DNA from: Azolla caroliniana
Lineage: Eukaryota; Plantae; Polypodiophyta
Direction of reading: 5' to 3'
NCBI GenBank assembly: GCA_043228905.1
Contig: JBHGNT010000003.1
Coordinates: 22,444,001-22,508,000, forward strand
DNA length: 64,000 nt
Shown here: positions 35,291 to 47,294 of the stretch, piece by piece
Layout: each line of letters starts with the position of its first letter
Position numbering within the stretch: the first letter of the stretch is position 1
Program-made: the position numbers and the translations under genes
The notes under the pieces: model-generated
Seen by the model: only the letters and a program-made list of their open reading frames with translations
What the model was told of the DNA's origin: nothing
Databases searched by the model: none

Positions 35291-38200
35291 TGTCGTGAAG
35301 AAAACCGGCCATAGGCGGAATCAGAGAGAAAGCGCATAAACCGGCCCTTACACGGATGGACGCGTGACTTGGTATTTTGTACACGAATCGGTGGAGATAA
35401 ATACTAAGCCGCACGCATTTATTAGGGGGGGGATTGTGCGTATCCCTACCAGAGGGACAGGGAATAAAGGGAAGAGGACAAGAGAAAAGGGGATTGTGCG
35501 CGAGGGAGGACAAGGGTTTTTGGCTGCAGATTTGGGTGCGAAGCCTCTCTCTTCTCCTCCGGCCGTCGTTCTCTACGGGTGTCGGGAGTTCACTACCTCT
35601 GCTTCGGGGACAGCCCATGTGCTTCCAGCAGAGTCTCTCCTTTTTCCCCTTTTGTTTCTTGGAGTCGCATGACTGTGGTCGGTGTGCGTGAGTAGGGTCC
35701 CCGTGTCGGGTCCGTCGCCGCCTTGTCGGTTGTAACCGTCAGAGTTTGTAATCTCTCGTCATTGTAATTAAGTGTTACGTTCTATATCTCTCCTTCTCGC
35801 TTCTACGTGTCTGTGAATCTCTCTCTCGCTCCTCGGTCCAAGACCCCCGTGGTCCCGCCCCTTTCTACACGTACGCGCGTAACAACGCGACATATTTTGG
35901 TGAACCCGACGTGAAAGGCAGCGGAAAAGAGAAAACGGGCTTCGTAGAAGCCGCTTGCCAGAACTACGAGGTTCTGGTGGAGGACAAATGGGCAGGAAAG
36001 GCCGGAGAGGTTGGACCCCCGAGGTATGAGACCCGGTTCGGACCGAAACCGACCGGTGCCGGCAACCCAAGCGTGCCGGATGGGAAGAAGCAGGCGGGGT
36101 TTCGGTTGAGCACCGAAATCGAGAGAGCAACGGACCTACGGAAGGTCCTTGAAGAGTGAATCCTCGACAGTAAAGTGGAGCTGACGTTGCGGGAGGTGCT
36201 GGGAATCGCCAAGAGGGAGTTCCACGACTCTATCGTAGACTTGGTGAAGCGGAAGAGGCTCTCGACGGAGCCGGAACCGGAGAAGCCGGCGGAAGTGCGG
36301 ACCACGCACCTGGAAGACGGAGCCCTGGAAGATGAGCTGGCGAGAAGCCACTACACGAAGCCGCATTGGGCCAGGGCGACTACGGAAACCCCTGTACGGA
36401 TCGATAACGTTCTGGAACCGGTGGTGGTGTTGGTAGACCATGGATCCGAAATCAACCCGATGTCCATGGATTTCTACAAGAAGGGTAGATGGCCGATCAA
36501 CACCAAGCATGGCTGGAAGATACGGGCAGCGACGCGCACCACGGAAGAACTTCATGGGGCCTGTCCGAACGTACGGATGAAAATCGGCGATGTCGAGATC
36601 AACCAACACTTCTTCATGCAGGAGACGTCCTCGCATCTGGTTATATTAGGAGAGCCATATATCACGGCGGCACGGATGGAGACCAAGGTGCTGGACAACG
36701 GTTCAGCCTATGCAAGAGTCAAGAGCCAGGACGGGCGTCACTCGGTCCAGTTCCTAACGGTGCGACCAAACCACGAGCGTAACCGCGAGGCCCTCGGCAG
36801 CGAAACCCGAGGGGATTTTTAGAGAGGGCTGTCAAGGCGTGGGGCCGCGATAGTCCGGTCACCCGGGAAGAACCCCACAAATGTACAGTACGGAAGAAGA
36901 CCTGTACCATAGGTAGGAAATTTTGGTTCTCTGACAGCGGAGGTTGTACTATAACCAGCGTCAGCGGTAGGGAGAGGAAGCAAGCGGCTCAGGGGATGCA
37001 GAGTCCTCTTCCCCGACGAGGACATCAGCGGCGCCGTGGAGGCGGTCTCTTTTGACGGCGCCTTGGGCGAACTACGAAAGGTGATCGGTGAAGACCTTAG
37101 GGAAGACTGGACCGTTCCGGTAGGGTCAATGGGAATGTACGAAGTCATCGCAGACTTCGGGGAAAGGATCGGGTCGGATCAGACGGCCCACGTGGATACG
37201 AAATACAAGAATGTGGATCGGAAGGTGAGGCCAGTCGCGACACCCTTGCCAGAGGGCAACAAGGAGCGGATAAAAGGGGTCGCGTCGGACCCAAGTTTAC
37301 GAAATCCGGCTGGCATAGGGCACCGGTTCACCGACATAACGCTACGGGAGCTTAAGGTCAGTGGGGGCGGCTTTCTACTGCCGGCGGAGGAGGACCGGTT
37401 TCGGAGGATGCTCGGGAGGGATAGGAAGGCTTTCGCATTCTCACCGGAGGACATCGGGTGCGTAGACCTGACAGTTGTCGAACCGATGGTGATCTTCACG
37501 GCACCACATGTACCATGGAATCTCAAGCCGATTCCGGTACCGAGAGCTCACATCCCGAAGTTGATGGAGCTCTTGAAGCAAAAGGTGGAGATGGGCATCC
37601 TCGAACCATCGAGTGCCCCGTATTCGAATCGGTGGTTTACGGTGCCGAAGAAGAACGGCACGCTGCGCTTTATTCAGGACCTACAACCGGTCAACAAGAT
37701 GACCATCCGTAATGCAGGGATTGGACCGACCATAGACGAGTTCGCGAAGGCCTTCGCTGGAAGGTCGATCTATTCTGTCGGTGATCTGTACTCTGGGTAC
37801 GATCAGTTCCAACTAGCCATGTAGAGCAGAGACATTATGACAATGCGGACTCCTCTCGGCCTAATGCGGATGTGTACCCTACCACAAGGAGGGACGAACT
37901 CAGTGGCTCACATGGTGAACGCGATGAACAAAGTGCTCAGGGATTGTATCCCGGACATCACCATGCCATTCTTGGACGACATCCCGATCAGGGGATGCCC
38001 GGTGGAGAAAAGGGACGAGGCAATCGGGCCGGACGGATGTCGGAACTTCGTGGCGTCCCACATCGATGACTGCGAGAAGGTGCTACAGAGACTAGAACGT
38101 GCGAGGCTCACCTTCTCTGGGGAAAAGTCGGCCTTCGGACAGTCGGAGATCTTGGTGGTCGGACACCTGTGCGGGCCTTACGGTAGGAAACCGTCTCCGG

Positions 38201-40958
38201 CAAAGGTAGAGGCCATCTCCGCGATGAGGAACGATTGCGGGTCGGTAACGGAGGTCCGCAGATTCTTGGGGGCATGCGCGTTCTACCACATCTGGATCCT
38301 GCACTACGCACATGTCGCGGAACCTCTCTACGGACTATTGAAAAAGGGGCGTAGCTTTGAGTGGAGGACGGAGCACACGGAGTCGGTTCGCAGACTAAAG
38401 GAGGCGCTTACGACAGCGCCGGCTCTCCATAAAGCGGTTTACGAAAAGGATGTTCCCATCTGCGTAATGGTGGACACTAGCCCGACTGGGATCGGGTGGG
38501 TAATCAGTCAGGAGGACAAGGGCGGTGTACGATTCCCGATCCGGTTCGGGGTGAAGGTATTGAGCGAGCGACAGCGAGGGTACGCCCAAGTTAAGCGCGA
38601 ACTTTGGGGTGTCGTTTCGGCAGTCAAGGCTGACAAGGATTATCTGATCGGGACGGAGGTGATCATCGAGACAGACTGCCTACCGATACTCGGCATGGTT
38701 TCCGGATGTGCGACGCCGGACCTAGCAATGCTCCGGTGGATAGCGTACATTAAGTCCGTGAACCCGGAGATACAACACATCTCCGGAAAGGACAACGCCA
38801 TGGCCGACATGCTTTCGAGGGCAAGGTTCAACGACGAAGACGACATGGTTTCGGATGACGAAGAAGTCGGCGAGGACTTCTTCGGGTTGGCTAACGTAAC
38901 GATGAGGAAAGGGGACACTCCGGCGCTTAACGAATTTGACGAAAGCAGGTACGACGGGGAGTGGCTCCAGATCGGGAGGTTCCTATGGATGATGACGTCA
39001 GACACATCATGGGCAAGAGAGGAGGCGAGCCGGATACGGAAGAAGGCGTACCGATTCTTCCTGCGGGACGGGTGCATATGGAGGCACCCGAAGAAGAGAA
39101 GCAGCATTCCACTCCGAGTAGTGGCAAAGAAAGAAGAACAGGGGAAACTACTGGCGGCATTTCATGAGAGCCCCTGGGCCGGACACCACGGAAAGGCCAC
39201 TTTTGAGAAGCTGAAGGAGAAGTACTGGTGGCCGGGGTTGTATCAAGACGTGCATCGGTTCGTAACGACTTGCGAAAGCTGTCAGATGCACTCCGTAGTC
39301 CGACACCGGGACGAGCTACACCCTTCCTACCCGCCTACGGTCCATTTCAAGTGGATGGTGGACTTGGTGACGATGCCGATGGGGGTAGGATAGATGCGAT
39401 ACATGGTGCTTGCACGGGAAGACTTAACAAACCAAGTGGAAGGCCGTGCACTGCAAAGCAAGAAAACCGCGGCGGTATGCCGGTTCCTGATCGAAGAAGT
39501 AGTGTGTCGGTACGGGTGCATCGGGAGGATCGTGGCGGACCGGGGAGAGCTGGATGCGCGGGAGGCCGAGGAGTTGTTCGACTGGCTAGGCGTCAAACTC
39601 TCCCTCACCACGGCGTACAATCCGGAGGCGAACGGAAAGGTGGAACATGGGCACGGACCGATTGTGAAGGCGTTGGTGCGTGCATGTGGTGGGCAGGTCG
39701 GGAACTGGCCGTGACTCCTTCCTTATGCACTATGGGTGGATTGAACTACGCACAATTCGGTGACAGGGTTTATGCCGGCGGAGCTGATGTACGGACAAAA
39801 GCCGATCATGCTGGTGGAGCGGATGGTTTCTTCGTGGGCGGCGGTAGATTGGAAGGACGAAATGAGTCGGGAGGAGTTGCTGGAGGCGCGGATTCGGCAA
39901 CTTGAGCGGAGGCCGGAGGATGTGATACAGGCGAAGGAAAGGCTGCGAGCGGCAAGGGAGTGGAACAAGATCCGGTTCAACCGGACACACCGATTACGAC
40001 CAAAGAAGATCGAGGAAGGCGAGTGGGTCTTGGTATACGACAGCAGCCTCGACAATCAGCACAAGGCGATGTGAAAGTTTGCTAGGAGATGGTTCGGGCC
40101 CTACACGATGATGAGCGCGAATGAAAACGGCACGTACCACCTCGCGGAACTCGACAGGACATGGTTAGCGGTGCCGGTGGCCGGAAAGCGGATCAAAGCG
40201 TTCAAAAAGCGGTTTGAAGACGAGCTGGAGCCTGCGAGCGGGGGCGTAGAATCAGAGAGAAACGAGTGAGGCCGGGTTTCTTCGATATCTACCCGTCTCT
40301 GGCGCATACCGGTGGATGCGCGGTTTGGTGGGGGTGGATGTCGTGAAGAAAACCGGCCATAGGCGGAATCAGAGAGAAAGCTCATAAACCGGCCCTTACA
40401 AGGATGGACGCGTGACTTGGTATTTTGTACACGAATTGGTGGAGATAAATACTAAGCCACACGCATTTATTAGGGGGGGGGGATTGTGCATATCCCTGCT
40501 AGAGGGACAGGGAATAAAGGGAAGAGGACAAGAGAAAAGGGGATCGTGAGCGAGGGAGGACAAGGGTTTTTGGCTACAGATTTGGGTGCGAAGCCTCTCT
40601 CTTCTCCTCCGGCCGTCGTTCTCTGCGGGTGTCGGGAGTTCGCTACCTCTGCTTCGGGGATAGCCCGTGTGCTTCCAACAGATTCTCTCCTTTTTCCCCT
40701 TTTTTTTCTTGGAGTCGTGTGACTGTGGTCGGTGTGCGTGAGTAGGGTCCCCGTGTCGGGTCTGTCACCACCTTGTCGGTTGTAACCGTCGGAGTTTGTA
40801 ATCTCTCGTCATTGTAATTAAGTGTTATGTTCTATATCTCTCCTTCTCGCTTCTACGTGTCTGTGAATCTCTCTCTCTGTCTCTCTCTCGCTCGCTCCTC
40901 GGTCCAAGACCCCCGTGGTCCCGCCCCTTTCTACACGTACGCGCGTAACAACGCGACA
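35291..40958 (+). mobile_element. Gypsy element C nested in B: gag-deleted, pol-containing, degenerate
   Basis: LTRs 35291-35892 and 40339-40958 differ by roughly two dozen substitutions. 4-bp TSD CCGG at 35287-35290 and 40959-40962. PBS TGGTGAACCCGACGTGA at 35898-35914. PPT-like GGTGGGGGTGGA. Confidence 0.92.
35911..40269 (+). pseudogene. Gag C-terminus, protease and pol (RT-RH-IN) of element C with several premature stops
   Basis: Protease VLVDHGSEIN; RT DLYSGYDQF, LPQGGTNS, FLDD; RNase H VDTSP, KREL, ETDC, ADMLSR; integrase H..H..CESC, VADRGE, ANGKVE; GPY motif near 40095. Confidence 0.9.
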
Positions 40959-43515
40959 CCGGTCCTACGGAGATCCTCACACCAATCCGGCTATCGGCCC
41001 GAGTGCTGGCGTGAGTCCTATAGGAGAGGACGGTGGCGGCAGGTGAACGTGATCGGACGACGAAAGTAGAGAAAGAAGGTATTAGGCCGGCGGGGCGGCT
41101 ACGAACCGAATCGGACCTTCCAGCAAGGTCAGTGGGCATAAGGAAGTCTGATCCTACGAGATCCCCACACCGAACCAGAGACTCTAGCAGTATGGCCAAT
41201 GTGGCAACATGAGACCGAGAGAGAAGGTTGGTGGCGGCGGGAAACGGGACCCGACTACGCAGAAGACACGAGGAGAGTCGCAAAGGACTCCGACAAAAGA
41301 CACCCCGAATTTCGGCAAGCAGAGAAACGGAGTCCGGTCCTATGGGACCCTCACACCGATCCGGAAACTCCGGCAGTTCGGCCAACGTGGCAACGTGAGA
41401 CCTAGGGAGATGGACGGTGGCGGCAGGGAACGGGACCCGACGACACGAGGTAGTGGATTGGGAGTCGGTAAGACAGGGGCGGATGAAGTGCGAAACCCTC
41501 AGCGGCTGGTTACAGTTTCGGAAGGAGCCGGTAGGGGCAAACACGGGGAGGTGTGTCGGGCCGGAAAGGCACACCTGGGATGGAACAAGAGTCTCGCAAG
41601 TGGCCATCGCGGGCCGGATCGAAGCGTGACTATGGGTCGGTGTTCGGCACGGGCGGTGCTGAACAAAGGAAGCGGAAGACGGCACAAGGGAGGTGCCGGG
41701 AACGAGGTAACGGGTGCATAGTGGACTGCACAAGGTCAGAGTCAGGGGATGACAAGGGAGTTCGGAGGAGGATCCTCCACACTCGCTTCGTAGATCTCAG
41801 CAGCTCAGTTAGAGTAGCGAAGACTGACACGACAAGCCCGGGATGACAAGCTGGTGGGGCGAGGGGACGACGGCAAGTGGAAGACTCAGGACCTGTTACA
41901 GCAGCGCAAGACGGAAAAGGCCAAGCAGGCCACTATGGGCGTTATTCAAGCGGAGGACATCGGGCATACAATGGAGAGCGGAGTGTGCATATGGCCGAAC
42001 AAGGGCCAGCGGAAGTACGCATACTACGAAAATCGCGGTGAAGGACCCATCGACGGGTCGAACGAGCCTACGGGGAGGTAAGCGTGAAGGAAGAATCGGA
42101 GCTTACAATTCAAATCGGCAGCGAGCCGGGATGCGGATTACGGAAGACCGGTTTCTCACCGGCTGAAATCTCTCACCCTTCACCGGATTTGGCACATACC
42201 GGTGGACGTGCGGTTTGGTGGGGGCGGATGTCGTGAAGAATTTAGGCCAGAGGCGGAAACCGGGAAATATTGGCTACATCGACAGGGTGCAACATGTGCG
42301 ATCACCCTTGTACATTTAGTGTGAATAACGAGGGCGCCTTTATGGCGCCGAAGAGTAGTCAAGTCGAGACAAAGAATCCCATGTAAGTCGGGATTTATCC
42401 CACATTGTAACGCATCTCCCTCCTTGTTCTATAAAAGGAAGGGAGCGCCTCTTGTGAAGGGGTTGCCCATTTTGTATTAGTAGGGTATACCGTTAGATTA
42501 AGAGACGTCCTCTCTTTCTCTTTCCCTTCCTCTTGTTTAGGGTTTCGTTTTTCTTCTTCTTGCCTCGGCTTCTCCCTCTTCATCATTCTGTGTATTGAGC
42601 CGGGACATCTAGCATTTCCGTTGTCTGCCCCCGTCCTCTATGCAAGACCCCGCTCGGTGCGATGAGCCCAAGAGCTCCCCGACCGGCGGCTTGGCAGTAG
42701 ACAACTGTTGCAACCTGAGCTACTTAGGTCGGGCTCGATGCCAGTATTGTATCTTATTCTTGTAATATATGTGAGGAGGGTTCTGCGTATTGGTGTCTGT
42801 GTGGGTGTTTTGGTGTTCTCTTACCTCCGTTTCTGTACATAAGGGCGTGAGTTGGGTCGGCGTGGTGCATGTATGTGTGTGTGTGTGTGTGAGTCGGTGT
42901 CAAGCGCATGCTCTCTCTCTTTCTCTCTCTCGTTCGGTTGCTTCCAGAACGTGTCTGGAATCGTCTTCTCGGCTTCCCTTCTTCCTTCGTTCGAGACCCC
43001 CGTGGTCTCGCCCTTCTACACGCACACGCATAACAACGCGACAACGCTCGCGTTCACAAGTGGAAGGATCGCGCATAAATGGAAGGATAAGGAATATTTT
43101 GGTTGATTTTAGTACTTTTTCAATGATTTTACAAAACACATTGATACCAGTATCATACATGTTCAAATATACTATGAAAAAGGTTAAAAATCCACTATTT
43201 TTGTGATTTAGAAAAAAGAATAAGAAGAGGAATTTCAAAAAGTTACATTCTCAATTTATATCACAAACTTTACAACCAATATTATTTTATAAGAAACGAA
43301 TTTTTAGAAATTATAAGAATTCAAAACACACGCTTTTATATTACTCGATTTGTTACAAGCGAAATGTAGTTACACTTAATAGCCAAAAATACATTCATGA
43401 TCACTCCTTTAAGGAGAATCACTACTATAACCATAGATTGACATATTCGCATTCGTCGGGTTTCCCATTTGAATGCAAACGAATACGAATATGAATGGGT
43501 AGTCAAGTATTCGTT

Positions 43516-46430
43516 TTACCCCACCCCCCCCCCCCAAAAAAAATGGTTTGACTCTAGATTATATGTACCAGATCTCGTTTGCCTTTGACTCAAGCCACCT
43601 TGTAGACCTGGTAATTTTTCTTTTATTATATCTATTGTTGACTTCCTTAATTGTCTGGCCTTTGTAAGCGTGAAGTCGTACAAGATGATATCCACATCAG
43701 AGATATCAAGGGTCGAGGTGTTACGAATGTTTCGCTTCCTCTTCCTACCTCCCCTTGTCGTTGGGCATTCAATCATCTCCAATGTATACTTACCTGTAAA
43801 AGCATTTGTACTTCTAAGTGCTAGTGCATGAAATAGAAAACACGATCAAGTCTATTGACTTCCTTAATCGTCCGACTTTTGTAAGCGTGAAGTCGTACAC
43901 GCTGATATCCACATCAGAGATATCAAGGGTCGAGGTGTTACGAATGTTTCGCTTCCTCTTCCTACCTCCCCTTGTCATTGGGCATTCAATCATCTCCAAT
44001 GTATATTTATCTATAAAAGCATTTGCACTTCTAGTGTTGTACCAATGAACATTTATAGACTTGATCGTGTTTTCTATTTCATGCATTAGCACTTCTAGAA
44101 TTTTACCAACCCAAAATTGGTGGCCATGTGAGTTCTCATCAGTCGGCGTTGCAATCAACATCCCCGCCGTGAGCTCTTGCAAATTGCCTTGCCATCTAGC
44201 TTCGACTGCTTTGGTCATCCTTTGTCATGATATGACAAGACTCGAACCCATGACCTTAGGTTATATGGGTCGAGCTCTTGATCATTAGATCATCTATTGT
44301 AATACGTAGGATATTATTTTCATTTTCATTTTATTATTGGAAATTAGTGTATATTCCAGATTTCTCTGGAACATTCTAGAAGCTTTAGGATTACTCTTGA
44401 AAACACTATAAAAGAGGGCACTAGGCATTATGTTGAACAAAATTGGTTCAACGCCAGTCTTAAGCCTTTTAGCCGCCATTGTATATTCTCTTCATATAAT
44501 ACATATCTTTCTTATCATCACACTCTCTCTTTCTCAATCTCTCTCTTTCTCTCTGTCTCGTTCACTTCTTCCTTCTCTCGAAGAAGTTCCACACCTCTCA
44601 TAGTACTAATCCTTCGTTTAGTACTAATTTCTTCTCTGTCTCAGTACTGTTCATGACATCCTTGGTCCCACATAAATGTCTCTTTGTTGTGGATGGACCA
44701 AACTGTCATTAATCACATTTGATGGTTGCTCTAGAGTTTTATTTACACGATCATGTTGTAGTGACCATGTGAATGGCGTTTCCAAATTCCAATTATCACC
44801 AAATACACAATTGTCTATAATTCCTTTCTTATCACTAAAAAATACATCCCACCATGATGTGTCTTGTTGTGTGGCATATTTCTTTGCGGCCTCAATATGC
44901 TTTCTTTTTTCTTCTAAGGATTGGAGCCATAATTGTTTTTGTTCCGATACCAAGTCAATATGCAACTGTCCTTTCTTCTCAATTGGCATTTGTTTAGCTC
45001 CATGGACAATTGTGCTTGGCATACAAAGTAATAACTGGCAACCACCTTCAGGTTCCCATGTTGTAGAAGATGAACATTGTTTAGCATACAAAAGCGTAGA
45101 ACCACTTAATTCATTTTTCTTTATCATAATTATGTGATTGAAGCTTAAATTGTTTAACTAGGTGAGCACTTTAACATTCCCAACACCCCCATCTGATATA
45201 TATCTCTTAAAGCCATATACCTCCTTCAAGTGTAACACTTTTGGGCGTGGTGTATATGTATCACAAATGACATCAAATAGTTTTGGTAATGTGAAAGCAT
45301 CATGCCGAGACAACTTTCTGGAGAATATGCTAAACATCTAATCTATATGATCATGTGTGTGGCCAACCAAAAGAAAATTGACTTTCACTTTTCTAACCAG
45401 TCCTTCGTTGACCAACATAGTTAGATAGCCAAATACAGTTGAATTTTTGTTCTCTCTAGCAGTATTGTCCAATTGAATCACTATAACTGTTAGGTTAGGG
45501 TCATTGTGAACATTGGGGTATGTAATGAAGACGTGAGGTCCAACAAACCTATTATAAGCCAAACATCCCACCAAGTGCATTTGAACAAGGCACTCATCAT
45601 TGATGTCTTTGGGGAGCCTCCGCATATGCAGCAAGCACGTCTTCTTCTGGTCCATGCCATCTATCATTAAGCACATGTATTGTTCGGGCCTTTCAAACAC
45701 TTCTCTCTATGATGCATCACCTTCTTTCGTTCTAACAATTGTGCCTCACGATGCTCCTGTAGTAACTTCTTACTCATATCCTTTTCCATTGATGTCTTTG
45801 CACCTTTAGCCAAACTTTTAAGATTTGCACAAATGGAGCAATACCCCATGCATACTTTACGTGGAATGATAACATTTGAAAACCGAGCTCTCCATAATCT
45901 TGTGAATTGGCTATATGTGACAGATTTATTACGTGAGCCCACCATATCTGATCGATAGACATCATAAACTTCCCGACGTGTGTATTATCAGAGAGGTGCA
46001 TCCTACCTGTAGTGGGCATTACTTCACAATTTAACTGAAAGTAACTTTTCATCAAACCAATAGCATGTCTTCCAATTGCACCTTTCATACTTGGAACCTC
46101 TTTACAATTGAGCATCTAATCCCCGCTAAGTAGACATTGTTGTACTCTATGTAACTGCATGTTACTAACACATAACACAATTTTGAATGCAACTCTACAT
46201 ATCTGTTGCAGATGGAAGATATAATACTCGAATGATACTTTGATCCCCGTACATTTGTCAGACACTAGTTGCATATGTGACCCAAGGTAAGTGTCTTGCT
46301 CATCACCAATCATCGAAAAATAGTATCGCCTTAATTCTCGTAACTTTGATTTTCCAATCATAGACATACAACCACGGGCACAACATATTTTGTTGACATC
46401 AAATCCAATTTGCTTATTTGATGTCACCAA
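43516..46430 (-). pseudogene. Decayed DNA-transposon transposase, Sola-like (RNase H-fold DDD/E type)
   Basis: Colinear minus-strand fragments: C..GC..EQDTYL, ICRVAF, CSIC, IDGMDQKKT, QLDNTARENKN, NFLLVGHTHDHID. Frameshifted and interrupted by a solo LTR. Termini were not identified, and the superfamily call is from motif recall. Confidence 0.65.
44223..44658 (+). mobile_element. Solo LTR (436 bp) inserted in the transposase remnant
   Basis: TGTCATGA...TCATGACA termini; TSD TCCTT at 44218-44222 and 44659-44663; TATAAAA near 44408. Confidence 0.88.
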
Positions 46431-46596
46431 GTTAAATCTGCTTATCTGATGTCACTAAGTTAGACAGATAGATAGAGCTCAGTTGGTAAGGTTGCCCAAT
46501 GATTCTACAGTTGCATCTAGTGAATTAAGAGATATATGTATATGAAGTATATAATAGAGAGGTGAGAAAATTAAGTTTCAAACCCAAGACGCAATG

Positions 46597-47081
46597 TGTC
46601 ACAGACATGACACCAATTATGTCCAGATTCGAACTCTTGACCCCTTGTATTATAATCAAGTGTTATATTGTACCCAACACATCCAAGTACATGGTCGTGT
46701 TATATATATGTTCGTAGATTATCTATTTCAAGTTCTAGGAGTTTTTAGAAAGTTCTAGAACTAGAAGGTTCTAGAGGGTTCTAGAATATTCTCTCGAATA
46801 TTCTCCAAAATATTCTAATGCATGTACTTGGACTCACAGTATAAATACTTGTAACCTCTTTGGTCCCTTTTAAGGGATTCAACACCAGACATTGACACAT
46901 CAATCTAGTATTCTTGTTTCATTCCATCATGTCTCCTTCATCTCTGTCGTCATGCTCTTCATAGCTTCCTAAGTTCATAGTCTCATCACTCACAACTTAT
47001 AGAGTTCTTAGCCTCGTCATTTCTAGTTCCACGTTCGTCATCCATGTTCCGTCGTAGTCCGCAGTTGGTGTGTCCGTGACA
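46597..47081 (+). mobile_element. Solo LTR (485 bp) related to the element A LTR
   Basis: TGTCACAGAC...GTCCGTGACA termini; TSD CAATG at 46592-46596 and 47082-47086. Shares GATTCGAACTCTTGAC and the TCCGTGACA end with 29699-30051. Confidence 0.9.
46747..46804 (+). promoter_or_regulatory. Heat-shock element cluster in the solo LTR, upstream of TATAAATA (46840)
   Basis: Perfect aGAAagTTCtaGAAc at 46747-46761; six in-phase pentamers at 46763-46792 with one mismatch; a further GAAtaTTC at ~46796. Confidence 0.7.
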
Positions 47082-47294
47082 CAATGCTTCTAGTGTTAAC
47101 AACTTACTACTAGGGCAAGCTAAGTACAATAAAAAGAAAGAAAGATAGATATTGATAGAGAGAGGCTTATGGTTTCACTGTCCTGTTTTTTGGGGCGAAA
47201 AGTTTTGAAGAGAAGTCTATCCTTGAGTGAAATCAAGAAGGGGATAAATAAGGGATTTTGAGTCTTTTTAATTTATCAAGGGGGAAAAATAGCA

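Larger units (their letters stand above)
33387..43043 (+). mobile_element. Gypsy element B: non-autonomous (gag-like ORF, no pol), host of element C
   Basis: Partial 5' LTR 33387-33642 matches 42792-43043. Full 3' LTR 42229-43043 (TGTCGTGAAGAA...AACAACGCGACA). PBS TGGTGAACTTGACGTGA at 33647-33663. G-rich PPT before 42229. Confidence 0.85.
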
